Positions 1 to 11,470 of a stretch of DNA of 35,147 nt are shown in pieces. Position 1 is the stretch's first letter; every line of letters starts with the position of its first letter. The notes beneath the pieces were generated by a model. That model was given only the letters and a program-made list of their open reading frames with translations, was not told where the DNA came from and did not search any database. Source of the DNA: Nemertoderma westbladi (lineage: Eukaryota > Animalia > Xenacoelomorpha); assembly GCA_032718475.1 (NCBI GenBank), contig JAUCBJ010001681.1, positions 1-35,147 of the forward strand, written 5' to 3'. A program made the position numbers and the translations under genes.

Positions 1-906
1 TCGCCGCGAGCGCCAGAGCCGCCGCCGCTGGTGCAGCTATTGCGAAAAAAATTAACCGCGGACGGTAATAATGGTTAAAACAGGAGTAACATTTAGAAAA
101 TTATATTTAGTATCGAGTAAACCGTTAGCTACTGATTTAAAACCTCAAGATATACCTAGAGTAAATACTACAAAAAGAAAACCCTTTAAAACATCAACTT
201 CAAAGAAAATAATTAAAAAATTTCAGTTGTTCTTACGGTGATGCCCTTTATAAGAGATTTGAATATACATATTACTTGCGGTTGTCGAAGTTGGTGGATA
301 TGTTGTTATATTTGGAGAATATCGATAAATAATCATAAAACCCCAATCTTCTTGATATACTGAAGGTAAGAGGGACCAGTTACCTGTAGCAACTGCGACT
401 TACATTATAATGGTTTTGGAGTGAATTGAATGCTATTTCATAATCCCTACATGTGTCAGTTGCTATTCTCCTTATATATGATCAAATTTAGTGAAGGTCG
501 GCAGATCAGTGTGCAGCAGTGTGCGGTAGTGTGCATGAGTGTGACAGATAACAAAGCATTTCCTAAAGAATGCGCTTTATATGAAAATCATTAGCCATCC
601 CGTTGTGTTTAGTGTAAGTCATAACTCTGTTTACATACTTAGAGCGCCACGTCCTAAAGGAACTGTTAATATTTCCCGAAAATAAATAATATTTGTCAGA
701 GATTATATATTAACGATCAATCGAATAGTACAGTAAGTCTACACCGCAATAAGGTCAGAGCCTCCGAATCCAGTCTCCCTTAACTGTGGGTGAATGGTCG
801 CGCATAGGCTGGCTTCGGCTAATGTAACTTTATATCTTATATGCAACAAATACTTGTTATAGGCTAAAGTCGATTTATAAACTAGAAGACACCTAAAATT
901 AGCGGG

Positions 907-1413
907 TTAAACTGCTAAAGGTCTAAAAGCGCGAACATCGCGCCAAAAGCGTTCAATTCTTGTATTATGGACAGAACTTCCCTTGATTATTGGGTTGTTA
1001 GCATGCGAATCACCGCACTCACTGCGTAGAACCCTATGACATTGTTGAATTAGAGTATTCTCTGTTCCACTATCTGTTCGAATTAAAACAGGCTGAGCGG
1101 ATATTTGAGCCAACAATTCAAAATATGCTCTAACTACAATCCGTGGGTTATGATTGCTTGGGAGAACTTTCAACCACATTACCTTCCTTGAAAACCCATC
1201 AATCCCACCATGGATAGGAAAGCCAAGAGGCTTAAGTTTATCATATCCATCTATATGGAGGCAAAAGTTTGGACCCGCCGATCCATAACGTGAGCGACGT
1301 AGTAGAGTTTGCCGTAAACGAGCATTAACACCAGCCGGATCAATGTGTTTAAGAAGTATTCTAACAGTTTCTCGGCGAAGGTTTATAAAGTGCCGACTCC
1401 ATAAGCGCCGATA
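907..1413 (-). pseudogene. DDE integrase-core transposase, 3' part (catalytic domain), IS3EU-like
   Basis: HIDGYDKLK..GFPIHGGIDGFSRKVMWL, IRTDSGTEN and SVHNTRIERFWRDV give the D-D-E triad of the eukaryotic IS3/rve-like integrase family. The ORF-track start (MFAG) is read from the inserted element's TIR. Confidence 0.85.
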
Positions 1414-3893
1414 CCCTGCAAACAATTTACTTTCGAGGAATGTCAGAAAAACATCATTAATTTGTTATAAATGTTGATAAATGTCATTCCCTTGTTTGAT
1501 AGAATATTTAGATGTTCAATATATGTTATTTTAACATTACTCTATAATGTCTTAGTCAGACATTAAATAAATGATAACTGTTGATGTTAGAAAAACGTAA
1601 TTTTAATGTTAGAACATAAACATTAGTCAAAAATGTTTTATAAGTGTTTAGTTCTAACATTTTAAGAACATGGTTTGTTACATATCAGAACAATGTTATT
1701 TTGTCACATAAAATAAACATTATGCGATAGACGCTGCTGTCACTTCTATTATCTAATCTGAGATTGATGATTGGCTAATTTTAAAATTGGCGGTAATGGA
1801 GGAATTTTCCACATGTAAAATAGTACACAGTATGGTATGTTGTACAATACTCATTCTGGCATGCCTGTATTCAATGTTTATTGCTATATGTATTGTTATA
1901 CTGCTGTACTGCAAGGGCTATCTCTATATTACTGTAGTGCTGTAGTGTAGTTACTGCAGGCCTACTGCACTGTACAGTGTACAGTAGCTCATATTTTTGG
2001 TTTTATAGTTTTGGTTTTGTGATTTATTTAACCTAAACTCATAAATAAAACATATCTACCTGAATGCGAGTTCGCCTTTACCCTCTGTATTCACACATTA
2101 CTTCATTAGACCTACCAATTACAGAATTCAAGTCTGCCAGGACCAGGAAGTCCCCTTAAACCAGCACTGACAGGTGGAGGATTGACTTATTTGTCTGTAC
2201 TGATGGTGGATTTCAACAGCCGAGGACTACAGATTGGAATTCTTATTATTGGGAGGTCCCAGTTTTCAGTTGAAGGGGCAGGGCACAGGGACAGCATTAC
2301 TACAAAACTTTCGATTCGATTTCGATTTGAAAACTTCACATTAACTGTTATTACAAACTATTTATTGTTTCAGTTTTTAGATTGTACTTTTGTAGGGCCT
2401 AGGCCTATTGATTTATTTTTACAGTTTAATAAATGAAGCTCACTCAGCTATAATTATAATTATAATTAACATTTAATTTTTTAAATATGATTTGTTCAGA
2501 TAGGGAGGATTTGCGATGCAATCAAAATCATCCCTCTCCAGGGAGATATCGATTCAAATAAGTACTGATTACTCTCCCAGAAATAAATCTGTATAAGTGC
2601 CTCTGTAGCCAACTGTAACCTGCTCCTTTTAATAAATTTAACATTGTTGTGAGGTATTATTTATTAAACCCACTATATGTACATGTATATGTATCTTTTT
2701 CAATGGTAATATGGATAATATTGAACAAATGTGTAGGTATATAGAGTCAGTAATGTTAAGCGTAGGTTATTACCATTCACTAGATATTCAGGTTTATTAT
2801 GTCGGTTTGTTTGTTATTTTTGTGTTAAATTACGTTGAAATAATTTTAGTATTCGCTAAAGTTCTCAAGACAAAATGGACAGTTTCAAAAATCTACTGGG
2901 CAATTTATATAACTGTGTCAATAACTAATTATCGTAAAGGTTTTGTGCAGTATTATAGGCCTATTTGATATTATTTGTACCGCATATGTAAATTGTCAAT
3001 AAACATATCTATCTATCTATCTACATTATTTTATATAGACTACAAATCAGATCTATAAATCAAGTGAATAATATTAACTCAAAGTATTTTAATTGATGCA
3101 ATTCATTATGTTGTTATCACTTATTATTACGTCATAAACATATTCTTTTTAAGTCTGTGATTAACTTTAACCGAAATATCAAAACCATTTACGTAATGGG
3201 CCATACAGCCATATATTTGTTGTTTACTTATTCTGTGATATTTTACTTTGATTTTGCTGTTTATTTCATTATTTGTTTCTGACTGGTCATTATACAAAAT
3301 ATTCAATTCATGTTATACGTTTTAATTGTTATTAATTTGCATACAATTGCCTACAACAAAATTGTATTCAATCAAACTGTGTTAGAGATTGTAGCCTGCC
3401 ACTACCATATCAACATGCGTAGGGAAATTATTAATTAATTATTCAATAAAGGGTTTGGCAATTACAAAGAACGATAATAAAGAACGGCAATGGAGGGGGA
3501 TTATTAGTTTGAGAGCAAGCGAACCATAAAACATGAGAGAAGGGCTTAATTGCACGTAAATTTAATGTTACGTTTTTAGCAAACAATATTTTTATGTTAA
3601 GAAATAACATAACAGTAACGATCTAAATAAACATTATGCCGTTGTTATTTTAATGTCATTAAAAATACAATAATAATGATAAGGAATAACATAAAAGTAA
3701 TGATATATGTAACCATCCTGGCTTTGTTATTTTAATGTTATTAAAAACGAAATAATAACGTTAGTATATAACGTCATATTTCTTGGCCAATTTACAGTTT
3801 TTTTATCATTAATCTAACAATTTGAAATAATGTTATCTATGTCATTAAATAACATTTTAGTAACAGCTTTTTAACAATACATTGTTTGCAGGG
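1414..3893. mobile_element. Non-autonomous DNA transposon, 2480 bp, 13 bp TIRs, TA target duplication (possibly CMC/EnSpm-like)
   Basis: TA|CCCTGCAAACAAT (1414-1426) ... ATTGTTTGCAGGG|TA (3881-3893). Both subterminal zones are rich in AACATT/AATGTT-type repeats. Removing the element restores the transposase reading frame. Confidence 0.88.
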
Positions 3894-3895
3894 TA

Positions 3896-4136
3896 CCCAC
3901 AATTAATTGCAGAAAATTCAACAAGTTCCGATTCTAACGCACGTAATACACGAGGAAGTGACTGCTCGTAACAACGGCTTCTAAGGCTTCTCAGCTCTAC
4001 GTCGTCTAATTGTCCTATCGCTAATAGTTATTCCATGTTGCGATTTCAATAGCACCCTTGTATCTCTAACAGTAAAACGTAGGTAATAATACGCCGAAAT
4101 TAACATATCCATTTCTGGATTTACCAAAACAAGCAT
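3896..4136 (-). pseudogene. Same transposase, 5' part (HTH-like N-terminus)
   Basis: Translates MLVLVNPEMDMLISAYYYLRFTVRDTRVLLKSQHGITISDRTIRRRR, frameshifts near 3985, then reads LRSRCYEQSLPRVLRALESELVEFSAINCG. It joins YRRLW at 1413 in frame once the insertion is removed. Confidence 0.75.
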
Positions 4137-4206
4137 GTAGGCCTAAAGTCTGTTTTAAATCTCCCTCTCTCCTCTCCCTCTCAAAACCGTCCTTACTTGA
4201 AACCAA

Positions 4207-4725
4207 ATTTCGTTTTTGTCGTTTTTTTAATTTGTAGTAAAATAAAAAAAAAGACAAAAACAAGAATTTCATGAATAATTCGTTTTTGTAGTTTTTTTTT
4301 TATTTGTAGTAAAATAAAAAAAACGACAAAAACAAGAATTTCATGAATAATTCGTTTTTGTCGTTTTTTTTATTTGTAGTAAAATAAAAAAAACGACAAA
4401 AACAAGAAATTCATGAATAATTCGTTTTTGTCGTTTTTTTTATTTGTAGTAAAATAAAAAAAGCGACAAAAACAAGAAATTCATGAATAATTCGTTTTTG
4501 TCGTTTTTTTTATTTGTAGTAAAATAAAAAAAACGACAAAAACAAGAAATTCATGAATAATTCGTTTTTGTCGTTTTTTTTATTTATAGTAAAATAAAAA
4601 AAACGACAAAAACAAGAAATTCATGAATAATTCGTTTTTGTCGTTTTTTTTATTTGTGGTAAAATAAAATAAAAAACGACAAAAACAAGAATTCATAAAT
4701 TAATTTGTTTTTGTCGTTTTTTTTA
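4207..4725. repeat. Tandem array, 70 bp unit, ~7.4 copies, each unit a hairpin
   Basis: Unit ttcgtttttgtcgttttttttatttgtagtaaaataaaaaaaacgacaaaaacaagaaattcatgaataa starts at 4209, 4279, 4351, 4421, 4491, 4561 and 4631. The 21 bp arms surround the loop gtagta. Confidence 0.95.
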
Positions 4726-5087
4726 CTCGAAATGAAATATTTTTTAAGTTGTCCCTTCTGGGCCACCATAATTTTCAAATAAAAATAATTGTTATAAAAA
4801 AAACACTTCCCACACCCACTGCGATCAGCTGATTAGCGTTTAGGCTATAGTTATAATGAACCTGATTTGCTGAATGCAGGCTGTATTCAATTCAGGCTTG
4901 ATCCTCTGCCTGCAGTCTGTAACTGTGTAATGCTGTACCACTTACCACTGTACTATACCGGTACCCGTACCGGTAGCGGCAGTAGGCCTTGCTACAATTG
5001 CATATTCAGAGATTGCAGCAGGGCCTCAGTATATACAGATATACTGCATACTGATATATTAATATTAGGCCCTATCGTCATCCAACT

Positions 5088-5228
5088 ATGGAAAATACTC
5101 GGAACGAAATGAGTGCGAAACGCAAAGAAGACAAGCGGGTGGCAGAGAAGATGCGTAAAGATAAAATCAACAAATATATAGAAAGTTTAGCTGCGATAGT
5201 TCCCGATTGCTCAAACAGTATACATGCA
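5088..5228 (+). CDS. USF3: USF3-like bHLH-zipper transcription factor, coding exon 1 (basic region + helix 1)
   Basis: Manual translation from ATG 5088: MENTRNEMSAKRKEDKRVAEKMRKDKINKYIESLAAIVPDCSNSIHA (47 codons), with the bHLH E-x-x-R..IN..I..L...VP pattern. It is followed by donor GTGAGT at 5229 (phase 0). Not in the ORF track. Confidence 0.85.
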
Positions 5229-6009
5229 GTGAGTACCGGTCTGCCGGTACTACGGTACTGAGTACTGTACCGGTTTTACGCAACAGATTGAAAGGGAGGG
5301 TATTAATAGGCTGATAGGGCCTACGGTAGTGCTGTGCTGTAGTAAATACAGATATGGAATCAAGGTATCCTGAAATTTTACTAGTCAGCTAGTTACCGGT
5401 AAGATAAAGATACCAATATTCCACTCCATTATCATTCATGTTAAACAAGAATAATGTGATTGGTTGCTGCTAATTAGCAGCTTTCTCCAACCACATCACT
5501 TGTTTTTGTTTTATACAAAATGGAATAAAGGAAACTGGAAAAGCCACGGGGTACGATCTAAGCACCAGTTTGTTTTACTGTTTTTTAATTAACAATTAAT
5601 CAAATTCATACCTTATTTTGGATGCCCTTTTTTGGTTTTAACTAAGTACAGAAGTACTCTATCACTATCTATGGCTGTACCAGGTATGGAGAGTATCGTA
5701 GTACCGGTAATCGTCTACAAAAACATGGCAAGACGTACCGGTATCATAAGGTTTTACTGTGTTAAAACCATCCTGGTTTTGACTGTATGGGCATTGGACG
5801 GCCATGGACACTGGACAGGGTAGCATACCGGACGGAGGTCATGGTAAGCCTACGGACAGAAATTGATATATTTTACAAAATATCTTAGATTGAAACCACA
5901 TGACTTGGGATTAATGTTAAATTATTGTTTTAATTGCAGTTTGTTCTTGCCCAACATATCCTAACCCCTATAAAAATCAAACTAATATCCAGTTATCGAT
6001 TCTTCATAG

Positions 6010-6094
6010 GGAAAGATATCTATATTGGAGAAGACAGTGATGTATGTTGGCAAACTACACGACGAACTGGAAGGCAATCTTAAAGAAAGACGCG
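6010..6094 (+). CDS. USF3: USF3-like exon 2 (bHLH helix 2)
   Basis: Acceptor tcttcatAG (6008-6009). Translates GKISILEKTVMYVGKLHDELEGNLKERR, the K..IL.....Y...L helix 2 pattern. Donor GTGGGT at 6095 (phase 1). Confidence 0.85.
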
Positions 6095-6139
6095 GTGGGT
6101 TAATGTACAGAGAACAGGAGAAGGGCTAACGAATTTAAA

Positions 6140-6560
6140 ACTTTTATTTTTAAATTGTTACCTTTCAGCCCCAATATACATTGACTGATACTGATTTTAA
6201 TTTTTTCCCAGTGAAAAAAAAATCAGAATAATAAAGTATGAATATATCATTGGCGGGATGGATGTAGAAAAGGTTTAAAAGTAATTTTAGCAAAATACAT
6301 TCACACACTCAAACACTCAAAAGTTAATACAACTTTATAGTCTGCAAGGCGAACTCCAAAACGGAACTCAATATCCAATATTGGTTTTTGTTGTTAAGCG
6401 GTTCTCTAGTTACTTTAATAAATATTCGAGAACTTATTTAACATTGAGTTAGAGCAGCACCAGGAGTTGAAGAGTACAAAAATTTGAATGGCAGTAAATA
6501 TGGAAGCAATACAGTAAAATACTGCAGTTCAATTTATTTTGAAACAAAATTTATCGCTCT
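6140..6560 (+). repeat. Interspersed repeat, copy A (in USF3 intron 2)
   Basis: Similar to the reverse complement of ~34510-34875. Shared blocks include atccaatattggttt, aataaatattcgagaac, caggagttgaagagtacaa, tatggaagcaata and agtaaaatactgcagtt. Confidence 0.8.
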
Positions 6561-6738
6561 TTCTTTTATTAAAGAATTGAGCAGTAAAAAAGTACCAATT
6601 TAAGGATAAATTTAAGTCGGCAATTCTGGTAAATATAATACCTCTACAATAGAAAAATAGTGAAAAAAGTTATAAATGTCTACCAAGTAATAAATTAGTA
6701 TTTTCGATTTCTTTAATATAATTTGTTAAACTTTACAG

Positions 6739-6894
6739 AAGTGGAGTTGCTCCGGTTACGTCGCCAGGTACGCGCTTTGGTTCTGGAACGCAACCATTAT
6801 TTGAGTTTACTTCACACACACCGCATTGATATTTCCCCTGTGGATCTATCTAAATGGCACCCGATAAGAAAACAACCTAAACGCAACAGGGAAC
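6739..6894 (+). CDS. USF3: USF3-like exon 3 (zipper-like helix and conserved Y..LL...I...W block)
   Basis: Acceptor ctttacAG. Translates (E)VELLRLRRQVRALVLERNHYLSLLHTHRIDISPVDLSKWHPIRKQPKRNRE, resembling the post-bHLH segment of vertebrate USF3 as recalled (EEIKKLRKQL...ENGRYIELLKANDI...W). Donor GTGAGT at 6895 (phase 1). Confidence 0.8.
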
Positions 6895-8396
6895 GTGAGT
6901 AGAAACCGAAATATTGAGTTCGTCCTCAGGTATATCTAATTACTTACACCACGTCCTGGAGTATATTCATAGACGTACGAGGATATTCATACAAATCGTT
7001 CTAGAACATGGTGTATTTATTTAATATAATAAATGGCCTGCAGCGGAAGCTAATACAGCCAAAGCACCTCAGCTATTTGACAATGAAATTCGAATTGTTT
7101 TGTAAACCTATTATTTGGTTGGTTGAGGATGGTCGCATATTTACAAACCCCATACAGTCTCGGCACTGGCAATACAATTCAACTCGAAGTAAAAACCAAC
7201 AATTAACTAAGTTGGTACTTGTGGATGTGAGTGTACTCTGGGCGTGTAGTCTGGAATGCGAATTGGATTGGAGATTTAGGAGAAAATACAAATAATAATA
7301 TTAATAATAAATTAATATCAGGAAATGTTCCAGAATATAGACAATAAGGCGGAACGGCAACAGTGCAAACGCAAATTAAAAATATATAAATTGAAATCAT
7401 AATAATGTATTTTGAATTCAATTTATAATATTTCAATTTGATTACACAAGGTTTACTGATAGATGGAAAATGTTTAGGCCCTAGTCTCTTGACGAGGATT
7501 TCCTTTCAAAGTCACCGGTCTTCGATATTTAAATATCATTTTCACTTTATGTTAGAAAACATAACTAAGTCTCTGATTGGTCCTTTCTTCTGGCATTGTC
7601 AGTATAGGGACTGTGGGAGTTGGTAAGATGTGGGAGAGAAAAGATACCGGAATAAAGGCATTCTATAGTCCAGCTCATGGTTTAAGTGGGCTAAAAAACA
7701 TATAAAGATGAAATTACTATTTACATTTTTGTGTGAAAAGTAGTACTTTTCAGCGTTATGACCTGAGCCGAGCGAGCGCAGCGAGGGAGATTTAAAGCAT
7801 AAATGTACAATTTTGTTACATTATGTTAACTTATCGGCGTTCTAAATGCCGATTTTTTTAATTATTAGATTTAATATCGTAATGATTGGGAATAATATAT
7901 TTATATTCGTAAGAATCATATATTTTTTATGTATTTTATTCCAAAATTGTAACGTTACTCAACGCCGTTAGTATTAACAGCGAATTTTTATTTAGCACTT
8001 TACAACTTTAGAGGACATTACAGCATTGTATTGGCCTGTACATTTAGTATTGTATTTGGTGTTATCAGTTAAGTAATGTCCCCTTAGTGGACATTACTTA
8101 ACGCCGTCATTGGTTACCGCGTAAACAATAGGTGGAAATTTGCCTGACAGCCAGATAGGCCTACTGCAATACCTACCGGTAGGCGGGGTATAGCTATTAA
8201 TAACCTGTAGCTATATTATTAACATGGCTCCAAACGCCACCATAATTATAAGCTAACTGATTTATAACATTATTTATGTCATTTTTAAATTTACTGTATT
8301 TATACAGCAACTAATTTAATTTATGCAGTTTCTATCACTTATAATATATGTACAATCATTTCGTAATGTTACAATTTTGGAATAAAACTACATACA

Positions 8397-8526
8397 TACT
8401 TGTTGCAAAGTACTTTACAGTGTTCTGATCCTCGTGGCTTTATTTTCACTCACTCAACTAACGTTCGTTCGTGTAACAAAGCCACTCGAATCATCACACT
8501 GTAAAGTGCTACTTTACACACAAGTA
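8397..8526. mobile_element. Short palindromic non-autonomous element (MITE/Crypton-like)
   Basis: tacttgt..aaagta.ctttacagtg...gtggcttt ... aaagccac...cactgtaaag.tacttt..acaagta forms an imperfect ~130 bp hairpin around a central ttcactcactc...ttcgt motif. Confidence 0.55.
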
Positions 8527-8983
8527 AGTAAATAGTTATTATTGTTAAATTTCTGGATTACTTAACGCTCGTCTATGGACGAGCCGTAAGTAATCCACCT
8601 ATTTATTTTTCGCTCAGGTATTTTTTTATACTAGCTTAGCTAGTAATGTTCGTCAACATGTAACTTGCTATTATTTTCATAATTATATTACATTTTTTAA
8701 CTTAGTTCTAAATTAATATACTAGCGGAGCTAGTTTTTGTTATTTTTAAAATTGTTGTTCTAGAACATGTTTACTGGTTTATAAAATGTTCCAGAGATTT
8801 TCTGTAACCTTTTTAAGAGGTCTAGAACATAGTTCTAGAAATTTGGTATATAATAGCGTAAATGTTCGTGAATCGTTAACAAAACATACAAATATAAGAA
8901 ATGGCTACTATTATCTATTATACATCTTGTTAATTCAATTCAATTCAATTCGATCCAGAAATTTAACAATAAAACAACATATT

Positions 8984-9115
8984 ATATTGTGTATAATGTA
9001 CCTTTATCTCACTTCGGTCCCTCGTTTCAATATTTCACTCACTCGCTCCGCTCGTTCTTGTAAATATTAACACTCGGGACCGGCGTGAGATAGAGTCCTA
9101 CATTATACACAATAT
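8984..9115. mobile_element. Short palindromic non-autonomous element (MITE/Crypton-like)
   Basis: atattgtgtataatgta..tatctcac..cggtccc ... gggaccg..gtgagata..tacattatacacaatat forms a hairpin around the central ttcactcactcgctccgctcgt. Confidence 0.6.
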
Positions 9116-9259
9116 ATATAATAAATAATTATTATTATAGTCACTATATATAACAACTGCACGGTAAATATTCAATTGCCTATCAGTACACCATTACACA
9201 CTATTAGTGTACAGGTACACTGCACTGTAACCAATATAGTGTCTTTATTCAGGCATCTA

Positions 9260-11470
9260 GACCCCCCCCCCCCCACACCCCTCCAATTTTTATACAAATC
9301 CTAATGAGATTACATGAAATTTGAAACAGATAGTTCCACCTCCCTCCTCCTTTTTGGGTAGGTCAGAATCGTTATTTTCGCTTTCAATTTTTATCTACAA
9401 ACGTTTGAAAAAAGGTGTCTTTGTCGAAATTGCACCAGTTACACCTTATTTTTCTTATTCTTCAACATATTGATTTGTTGGTACTGATGGAAAGCTGGCC
9501 TTGAAAGGATTCCAAATGTAAAAAAAACATTTGAATTTGGTGGGGAATAGCTGAGATAATTATGGACGTTATGTTTATGGCTTTGCTCTAAGGGAGGCCA
9601 TTTTATTTTATTCTATTTAATTAATTTAATTAATAAATACACTACAATTATTATTCTGAAACATTTTGTTTATGTATGAATAGCTACGTATTAGTATTAT
9701 TATAAACGCAGGCACTAAGTGTGTTTTGTGCACACCCCCCCTAAAATGTTTTATACTAGCTAGTTTATGTTACTTTTTTTTAATGTTCTAGAACATATTG
9801 TCTATTCATTTTTTTTATTAATTTTGTTCTAGAACAAATAATTGTTGATCTAGAACAAAATTAAGTAATTAGGTATTTTTGAAGTTATCAAAGCTAGTTT
9901 TTTTATTTTATTTTTTTAATGTTCTAGAACATTTCGTCTATTCATTTTTGTAAAAAGTAATGTTCTAGAACAAATATTTTTTGTTCTAGGACATTAAAAA
10001 AATGTTATTTTGTGGTGATTTTTATTTGATTAGTAAGTGTTAAAATCAATTACTAAGGCCCCCCTCGCACGGAGCAACTTGTTTCTGCATCTTGTTTCTG
10101 AAACTTGTTGCTGGGCCCCCTCACACACAGAAACTTGTTGCTGCAACTTGTTTCTGAAACTTGTTGCTGGACCCCCTCACACACAGAAACTTGTTGCTGC
10201 AACTTGTTTCCGAAACTTGTTTCTGTGTGTGAGGACTCCAGCAACAAGTTTCTGCAACTTGTTTCCGAAACTTATTTCTGTGTGTGAGGACTCCAGCAAC
10301 AAGTTTCTGCAACTTGTTTCCGAAACTTATTTCTGTGTGTGAGGGGGTCCAGCAACAAGTTGCTGGAAGTTATGTTCCCAGCAACGTTTTAAAAAACCTT
10401 TTTTACATCCAATTTTTAGATTAGAGCTAATATTCGATAAATTGAGTGATTTGATATTATATATAAATGACTGGACATGTTAGCTATTTGTTTTGAAATA
10501 ATTGTTATTTTCTTGAGCAACAAGTTTCTGTGTGTGAGGGGGTCCAGCAACAAGTTTCAGAAACAAGTTGCTCCGTGTGAGAGGGGCCTAACAACTATAA
10601 ATTTTCATTGTAGGTAGTCATTTTTATTAAATATGTGATAATACAAAGATAACACAGAATAAAAAATTAACAAAATTTACAAATTAGCTAGTTTTTTTGT
10701 TCTAGAACAAATAATATTTGTTCCAGAACAAACTTTTTATATTTAAATGAATAGATAATATGCTCTAGAACATTTATTTTAAAAAGAAAACAAAAACTAG
10801 CTAGTTTAAAATATTTATCCAAAGATAACAAACAATAAAAAATGAAAAATATAAACAAATTAGCTTGTTTTTTTCTATTTTTCTGTTCTAGAACAAAAAA
10901 TATTTGTTCTAGAACAAAATTTTTATGTTAAATGAATAGACAATATGTTCTAGAACGTGTTTTAAAAAAAAGTAACAAAAACTAGCTAGTATAAAAAAAT
11001 TGAAGGGGGTGGGAGGGTGTGCACAAAACACACTAGTACCATAAACGCATTGCATTGTTGCCCAGCTACTTATGTGATAAACAAAATGTTCCATAATATT
11101 GTGTAGAAATAAACGTCCTGCAGCAGAAGCAAATACATGCAACTTTCGAATGCCCATATCTCAGGTATTTCCAAACCAAATTCTAATATTTTTATATATT
11201 TGAATCCATGAACGGCCAGCTCTCCGTAAGGTACAAAGTACAAACAAATCACTATAATAAGGTTGAAAAATAACTGCGATGTAACTGGTGCAATATCGAC
11301 GGAGACACATTTATTAAACGCTTGTAGCTAAAAAATAATAGCAGAAATACAAAAGTTGCCTCACCCAGCCAGGAGGAGGGAGTTGAAACGAACTCTATTG
11401 GATGAAATTGGAGTTCCACTAAGGTTGTTATGAGTCAGTTGTGATTGATAAACATTGTGTGTGGGTGCAG
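9260..11470. mobile_element. Foldback-type element with ~0.75 kb imperfect inverted arms and internal GTTCTAGAAC repeats
   Basis: 9340-9445 matches the reverse complement of 11280-11385 (tccctcctcct; attgcaccagttaca). 9715-9810 matches the reverse complement of 10930-11037 (gtgtgttttgtgcacaccc; tatactagctagttt; catattgtctattcattt). Outer boundaries are approximate. Confidence 0.75.
10057..10588. mobile_element. PIF/Harbinger-type MITE, 532 bp, TAA target duplication
   Basis: TAA|GGCCCCCCTCGCACGGAGCAACTTGTTTCTG ... CAGAAACAAGTTGCTCCGTGTGAGAGGGGCC|TAA. Internal ~53 bp repeats switch orientation near 10220. GGCC-type ends with a TWA TSD are Harbinger hallmarks. Confidence 0.88.

Larger units (their letters stand above)
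907..4770 (-). mobile_element. IS3EU-like DNA transposon (one terminus at 4770; other end not located, probably left of 907 or outside the window)
   Basis: Minus-strand terminus TATGGTGGCCCAGAAGGGACA at 4770-4750, then a subterminal palindromic array, then the transposase gene. TAY...RTA termini are recalled as typical of Repbase IS3EU. Confidence 0.6.

Noticed and set aside
907-1425. Bacterial IS3 element or contamination
   Set aside because: Motifs fit the eukaryotic integrase-core family, and the gene is interrupted by a eukaryotic TIR element next to spliced genes.
10037-10342. Cys-rich ORFs on both strands
   Set aside because: Translations of the Harbinger MITE internal repeats.
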